Assembly (NCBI RefSeq): GCF_006345805.1
Contig: NC_042997.1
Coordinates: 150,970,001 to 151,034,000, forward strand
From: Octopus sinensis
Lineage: Eukaryota
Length of the DNA: 64,000 nucleotides
Direction: 5' to 3'
Part shown: piece by piece, positions 56,400 to 64,000 of the stretch
Layout of the letters: every line of letters starts with the position of its first letter
Position numbering within the stretch: position 1 is the stretch's first letter
Program-made: the position numbers and the translations under genes
Notes under the pieces: generated by a model
Databases searched by the model: none
What the model was told of the DNA's origin: nothing
Seen by the model: the letters and a program-made list of their open reading frames with translations, nothing else

Positions 56400-58500
56400 T
56401 TAATTATCTTATCGGTTGATTGGATATTCTATAGTAGATGCGAGGTTCTTGTTTCATTTTATTTTGAAGATTTACTTTTCTGTGTGTGACGAGTCTTTGA
56501 ACTATGCTTCTAAAATTGAAACTTACATTTCTGCTTTTACTCCACAGATTTCGAACTATTAACATATCGATTTAATTCCTCTTCGGCAAGTATTGCAGGA
56601 CATAAACAATATTATGGCTGTACATTCTATTGCTTCTTCAGTTTATCTTAGCGTTCCATTTTGAGTTCGTATTTTTTGTTTACTTCTTCTGATGATTACC
56701 CTTTCTAAAACATTATTGTTTAGAATAATTGATTTTTATTCACTAGTTTTTTGGGTTTTATTATTTTTTGTTTTGCTTATCTTTCTATTTCTTGATTAGT
56801 GTGTGTAGTGAAAAGCTTTCTATTATTTCCTTAATGTTGTTTTATTACACAAATCAGTTTCCGTTCACTGCTGCGAATTATTTTTCTAGACCACATTGTC
56901 ATTACGTTCCAATAGCTCACTATTTGTATCAAACACTTTCCTCCAAATGTTGAGAGTGTTTTTATATAATTTTTTTTTTCATTGTATTTTTGTTGACCGT
57001 AGGATAGTAGCTTCGAAACACAGGAAATCATTTTCTAGTTTTTGTATTTAAACTCTTAGGTTCACTTAAGTACAAGTAAATCTTGTTGTATCTAACCTAT
57101 CTCTTTCTACATATAGTATTTCTATTATTCGGTTCAGATTTTAATATCAGTCTGATTATATTCAACATTAGTCATTTGTACATATTTCCTGCGATATTGT
57201 ATTTTCCTCAGATTCATCAGTTCTAAAGTATGTGTAGTTCAATCCTAGTTCATACATATTTCTAACTGAATGCAGTAATGTTTATACTATTAAGTTGTGT
57301 GTCTTTTTCTAATGTATTTGCTTCAACACACACTCAGTTGTATATTCCGGCTGAACGCTCAGTACTTCTTAGGTTCTCCAACTGGCCAATGTCTCTTGAA
57401 ATTAATTTAAATCATTAATAAATAATGACCGAAGTGGGGAAGATAATTTATATTCTACAGCATTTTTAAACAGTCGATTTCTTTCATAAAAATGTTGACT
57501 GAATCGAAATAGAACAGAATAAATGACAAATCTTAGTAAAATGTTTTTCGACCTAGGTCTCCGGTCGGTTTCCATTGTCACCCACTTTCTCTGCACTCCC
57601 ATGGTTGATTTGTCTTTTCATGTTCTATTAGTGATATACTAAATATTAGAGAAGCATTATTAAGTGTAGACACAATTACGATGTTATCAAATGTTTTTTA
57701 CTACTTAATCCGCGCAACATGTACTGTCTCTACCCATCAATAAAGGCTTTCTTCAGCTACAACTAATCTTTATCACTATACATATATTTGCATCATATTT
57801 GCTACTCTAGTAAAATGCGTTTTAGCTTTATTCCGAGTAAGCAAATATTCTGTTGCTGAGAGTAGCTGTCAGAGGTTTCTATGTAGCTGGTAAACAAGTT
57901 AATGATCTATAATTTCAGATGCACTGGTTTGGATCAAATTTATATCGTTTTGCTCTTTAGTAATCAGAGAGGTTTTAATATTGTTCTCTTTAGTAATGCA
58001 TTCATTGATTGTTTTGCTACAGATTCGCGAATCGTAGTTATATATTTCAGCTAGAATCGGGGAGCTTTCCAATTCATTGCAGTTTGCGTTCTGTAACTGA
58101 ATTCCATGCTAGTTAAGCCGACGTTATCATTTTTTCTTCTTAACCATTTCCTTTCTATTCCAGATTGTTTTTGATTGCGCTGAGCGATTTCCGTTCCATA
58201 TTCTTTCACAGTGTGTTTGAATTTATATTGATGCCGTATCCCTTTTATCTATTAAGAAATATGTTGTTATTTGTTTCAAATAACTTATTTCTTACACTGC
58301 TCTTATATTCATGTAATAAGTTCTGATTAATATTTCTTTTGTCATGTTTTTTTTTCATATTAGATCTCTTTTTTCCATTTCACCAAGCACAGTTAGGTTT
58401 TAATTTACCTTCATTGTGAATTCTTTCTATGCGTTGCTTTATTCCAGTTTCTATCATATTTTTAAACGTCCGTGCTTTTGTTAATATATTCGAGATTAGG
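56400..58500 (-). mobile_element. Old, heavily mutated R4/Dong-like RT region
   Basis: Minus-strand remnants in the expected order: NWKAP, NYRSLTCLPAT*KPLTATLSNRIFAY, K..KTFDNI, SLFINDL, IRLILKSE, NTKTRK, GGKCLIQ, ICG. Confidence 0.65.
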
Positions 58501-59699
58501 TTTATGTTACATTTCCAAGCGTAAACCAACATCCTATAATAATGGTAATGTATTCGCTACACTATAGATAAATATCATTGTAACATTTAAAAGACTTGTT
58601 CGTTTGTCATTCAATCGCTTAAAAATTTTGCGTTCACTTCAGAGTACTTGAAGCATAAGTTTTGGATTATGTAACGGTATTAATTTACTTAGAGAATTCT
58701 GTTGTTGAAGCATATGTTACAAAGTGTTCGCAGTCTGCTGGAATTAAACAGACATGTTAGTCTTCAACTTTAAATTCAGCTTCAGTTGATATTGTTTGAA
58801 TAGTTAAGCCGCCTGTAGAATGTATCCACAGATCACCTTCATCATTGAGAGAATCGTCAACTTTCTTGAAGAACTGGCAGATTTATTTTCATATTTTTGT
58901 GGCTGTAAGTAAAGCAGAATAGTGGAGAGTATTCAAAGGACTTGAAACATACAGATCTACTTCCGATCAAGCCACTATCAATCGTTAAAGTAATACTTAT
59001 AGAGGGCCATATGTCTGGCTATCATCTCTTCAGTACGTTTGCAGCAAATTGCGGGAAGAGCGATTAAACTGCCTCAAGAAGAGTAATGACCGGGGAACAC
59101 GAGTGAAATGAAAGGGAATATGTCAGTTTCTTACTCATTGACGTTCAAAATTCCTGGTGTTCTCTGATCGCTTCCGTGTGGTTATATTCCCATATTGCCA
59201 TTATATCTATGATATCGTTTACCATAATGGTCTTCTTATATCAAATTCTGTAAAGCATGATAAATTCAAACCCAGATACAGATGCAAAAACAGCCATGAT
59301 GATGTAATACATATGTGTGTTTGCTTGTTTGTTTGTTTGTTTGGGGAGGGTATGTGTGTAATTCAAAATCTAATGAAAAGTTTACGTTTAAAAATAGACA
59401 TCGTGGTGCAGGTCTATAGAGCAATTAAAAGACTATCATTTTGTGTTGAACAGAGAAAACATATTTTGAAAAAATATCTTAAGATAGGAAAATACACAAA
59501 ATATATGTAAGAAATATATTCTTTCTGGACTTAGTGATGAGGAAAAAAATACGCATAGTAGGAGGTGAATAAATAACGCCAAGATTTACAGAATATATTC
59601 TGAAACACTCATATCAGTAAATAAAATGGCGTTCAAAAATGCTCTAATAAGAATTTTCAAAGTTTTTCCACAGTTTCGCAGACTCAGGCTAGAATATTT

Positions 59700-59999
59700 A
59701 AAGCAGAAGCGGTAAAAGAAAATAGCATTGAAAAAGACAAATAGTGAACATTCAGAGTGCAGTATGTATTAGTGTCGTAGAAAGCGAAAGACTTCTCACT
59801 GACACTACCAATATTACATAACAGCAAAGTATGAATATAAATGTGGAAAAGGTTGGAAACCTTCAGAACCAATCAATCACATTGTTTTCGGTTCTCCAGT
59901 TTTAGGCATAACAGAGTACCTGTCTGTGTATGAATGTGCCTACTTTCGCACAGAAACACGAACACACACACACTAACACACACACACACCACACACACA

Positions 60000-60040
<41 letters not shown>

Positions 60041-60335
60041 ACAGAGACATACATAAAGACGCACACAAATATACGTACATTCATGATATATATATATATA
60101 CTTACATGTACAATTACATATTTAGATGGATATGTATGCATGTATTGTTATGTATGTGCGTGCGTGTATGTGTGTACATACGCATCTATAAATATATATA
60201 GATTAGATAGATAGAAATATGTATCTATTTAAAAATATATATATATATATATATTTTGTATGTATACATATGTGCGTGTGCCTGCGTGTATGTATGCATA
60301 TATATATATATATGTATATATATATATGTATATAT

Positions 60336-60427
<92 letters not shown>

Positions 60428-60900
60428 TATATCCATATCTATATATATAGAACACAGTTGGAAGATTCATAGAATGGAAAGTATGACGTTATGGAATACC
60501 TATAGAGGGTATATTTACAAACATTCATCACACAATTCCTCTGAGAAGGATATATACTGGTTCACATAGAAAAATATATTTTGAAAAGTTGCCCAGAAAT
60601 AAGTGTCAAAACTATCAGAAAATAATAACTCCCAATCGATGTATCAATTCTATCAGATGAAACATATTTCTAAAAGAAATGAAGAAACTATGGTGATATA
60701 AAGACCTGGAAATAGAGATATTCAGAATGTAGTCATTGAAAGCAAATACAATATCCATTATAATAAGTGCATTGGGAACGATGGAAAGAGATGCAGACAA
60801 ATAGATAACCAAACTTTGAGGAGATGCATACATAGATACCTAACATAAAGAAAGCAGACACTGTATGACTATTGCATTGGTTACTTTCAATACAATAAAA
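59700..60900 (+). mobile_element. Decayed R4/Dong-like 3' fragment split by a microsatellite block (about 59915-60430)
   Basis: CGK...EPINHIVFGSPVLGITEY lies before the block; after it come [31 protein letters not shown] and ISIIISALGT. Confidence 0.7.
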
Positions 60901-60979
60901 GAAACCGAAAAATGAATATATGTACAAAAAGGACAAGATGCACCTCTTATGAACCAAATATATACTATCACAAAAGAAT

Positions 60980-60981
60980 AT

Positions 60982-61053
<72 letters not shown>

Positions 61054-61054
61054 G

Positions 61055-61091
<37 letters not shown>

Positions 61092-61262
61092 TAATAATAA
61101 TGATGATAATAATAATAATGATAATAATAATAATGATAATGATGATAATAATAATAATAATAATAATAACAATAATAATAATGATGATAATAATAATAAT
61201 GATAATGATGATAATAATAGTAATAATAATAACAATAATAATAATGATGATAATAATAATAA

Positions 61263-61328
<66 letters not shown>

Positions 61329-61562
61329 TATAATAATAATATAATAATAATAACAATAATAATAATGATGATAATAATAATATAATAATAATAATAATAA
61401 TGATAATGATGATAATAATAATAATAATAATAATAACAATAATAATAATGATGATAATAATAATAATGATAATGATGATAATAATAGTAATAATAATAAC
61501 AATAATAATAATGATGATAAAATAATAATAATAATAATAATAATAATATAATAATAATAATA

Positions 61563-61603
<41 letters not shown>

Positions 61604-61625
61604 GTAGTAGTAGTAATGAATATAA
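60980..61625. repeat. ~650-bp interrupted (AAT)n microsatellite
   Basis: Directly visible. Confidence 0.95.
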
Positions 61626-61759
61626 TAATAATATAATCATTGCTACTAATATTGGTATATATAAATTCTCAATGTTCCAATTCGTCCATATTTTTATGAT
61701 ACAACATGACTTTAATATTCTATAAATATTTGTACATATTCCTATTATGTTATGTTCCT

Positions 61760-61827
<68 letters not shown>

Positions 61828-62734
61828 AAAAAGAGCATTCTTGCCTTTGCAAGTATTACTTTCCCCGAAAACTTGCAGGTAATGTGAAGAAGATGATGGG
61901 AGTGATGTGAGCCAACGGTTTGAAGCATAGTGTATGCTATAAATATCTAAATATTAGGATTAGTAATACGGTTAACAAAACTATATTAGAAACAGTGTAT
62001 AATTGCATAGTTAAAAAAACTCGGTTGAAAATAATAAAAGTGAAGTAGTGACAGGACAGCAACCGAAACTATTTGTTCGTTTCTCAAAATAACATAGGTA
62101 GAAATGATGACCATTATGTACAAAGGTTCAGAAAATAGAAACTCATCAGAGAAAATAGACAGGTAATGGAAATACACGTACATGGAGATTTAAGCAGGCT
62201 AAACCTTGACTTATTACAATAGAAACAGTCACAAACATGTACGTCGCTTTTCATTGGTTCACATTACCCAAAATTTACAAAATTTATGTTTATTAATTTA
62301 TGGAAAAGCAAATTTCATTTCCATAATTCGCATTTAAAATTACATCAGTACACTAAATTTGAAAACAACTGAAACAAATTTTAAAACTCAAACACTGTTA
62401 CAGCAACAGAAAAGGTCCTACTAAGACGTAACTGTATATCTATATGTAATAAATGATAGAGACGGAAAATGAATATACGAGAATGTTTAATGCTCGCAAC
62501 GATCGTTTCAACACAAGTTGCCTTCATCCCTCGTGGGTGAGATACTGTACAACTGTTTGCGCTGCATCTCTCGGTGTAGAGGTATCTCCTCGGGAGATGT
62601 TATAACAGGTTCCTCATTAAATAAACTGTTTCGCTCGGTTTTGATATGTGTCGCTTTTATATATCTATATATTTACGAGATGATATCAAAATTTTCAGCA
62701 ACTAGTTATATTCAATAAGGAATGACATATTTAT

Positions 62735-63375
62735 CTAAGATTTAATATCATCCCCTTCGAAACTGTCACCTTGCAAAGAAATACAGCATGTCCCAGCGTT
62801 CCTTCCACTTTTGGAATCCAGCCTGGAAGTAATTTTCCGCAAATGAATCGAGGGTCTTCTGTGATTCATTCTGGATCTTGACAAATGTGTCAAAACGGCG
62901 ACCTTTGAGCTGGATTTTCCTCTTGGGTAAGAGCTAGAAGTATGAAGGTTGTAAATCTGGCGGGTGTAGAAACCATACCATGTTGATTCTGGCAAGAAAA
63001 CAACAAGTGATGAGAGCTATGTGAAAAATTCAATTCTTTGCACCCCACAAATGTCCTGTAGCAAAACAATCAATGTCGCTTTTGCCAAATGTCCTTCAAA
63101 CACTTCAAAACCGCACAGTAGAACTCTAAATTGATGGTCTCGTACTGTGGGACGAATTTTCGCTGTACAATCCCACATTTCCGTGGCTGGTCTTCCAGAT
63201 CGTTCATCGTCTTCCAGGGAGTTTCTTTTGCTTTTGAAGCGCCAGTGCCACTTAAAACATTTTCTGCAACCCATTGCCTCGTGGTCGTAAGCTTGCCAAA
63301 CACCTTTCAATGTCTCTGTAGCAGATGTGCCAAGTTTAACACAAAATTTCAAGTTGGCTCTTTGTTCCTCTCCAT
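62735..63375 (-). mobile_element. Internally deleted mariner transposase remnant
   Basis: N-terminal MKFCVKLGTSATETL...CFKWHWRFKSKRNSLEDDERSGRP and C-terminal QLKGRRFDTF..IQNES...FQKWKERWD.CISLQGDSFEGD*. Confidence 0.85.
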
Positions 63376-63824
63376 GACAAAATCGCAGACTATAACAGAC
63401 CCGTAATCACAAAAGCGCAAATTTCACAACTTGCGACGTAAATACAGCAATATTACTCGACACATTACCTGATGAATGTCACTGGTAGTTCTCACTGTGC
63501 ACGCAACCGTGCGCTGCTATCTGTTCGCGCGCTGACCGTTTTGTTATCGTTTCATATACATGTTTGCAGCTATCTTTCATATTTTTAAGTTGTTGAATTC
63601 ATCCTTCTCGGAGGGATCCGGTTTCTAATAAAGGAAAATAAAAAAGAAAAACAAATTCGGATATTAGAAAGGAAAGTGTTACTTGTACAACTTTAAACAT
63701 ATTTTGCATATTTTAATCTCCAGCATACAGAATTTACTTGTAATATTCTCCGAATTATACGTTTTTACACTTTTGCAGAATTCACTCTGTTGGCTAATAG
63801 AGTGCCGAGGGTCTTTTGTTTAAC

Positions 63825-64000
63825 ACAGCTTTTGGGTTTCTCGCCAAAAGCAACATGGTATCAGCTCTGCACCCGTCCTAATCGCTAGATTTAGCCCCCG
63901 CAGATTTCCATCTCTACTACAAGATAAAAATGCAGCTCAAAGATCGCCGTTTTAACACTATTATTAAAATCCAGAGCGAATCCGAGAAGGTCCTTGTCTC
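63825..64000 (+). mobile_element. Second mariner fragment (third catalytic Asp region), runs off the window
   Basis: FLAKSNMVSALHPS*SLDLAPADFHLYYKIKMQLKDRRFNTIIKIQSESEKVL. Confidence 0.85.

Noticed and set aside
57280-57360. Apparent GIY-YIG-like reading (AGIYN..VC..KYIRK) and SPILAEIY at about 58050 on the minus strand
   Set aside because: Surrounding motifs in other frames follow the colinear order of an R4/Dong-type RT (NWKAP, NYRxLTCL, IRLILKSE), so the PLE-like readings are coincidental.

Overview
AT-rich, microsatellite-dense eukaryotic DNA that looks intergenic or intronic. It is most likely from a coleoid cephalopod (Octopus-like); this is inferred from my recall of the SINE families and the repeat landscape, not from a database search. 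I could not support any host protein-coding gene, and most short ORFs in the track are translated simple repeats. The window is a mosaic of transposon remnants: many decayed RLE-type (R4/Dong-like) non-LTR fragments, one uninterrupted 5'-truncated CR1-clade reverse transcriptase (36979-38559), Penelope-like elements (RT plus GIY-YIG at 5917-7760), about ten tRNA-derived SINEs, a Helitron-like non-autonomous element and mariner fragments. The most interesting region is 40628-47301, a composite of one non-coding repeat family flanked by (TA)n. It carries three minimal type I hammerhead ribozyme motifs (40799-40841 minus, 45326-45368 plus, 47068-47113 plus), a near-perfect 329-bp inverted repeat, a 3 x ~1.015-kb tandem array and a sharp G/C strand-skew switch. 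It resembles a Penelope-derived, retrozyme-like element that could yield self-cleaved or circular RNA.
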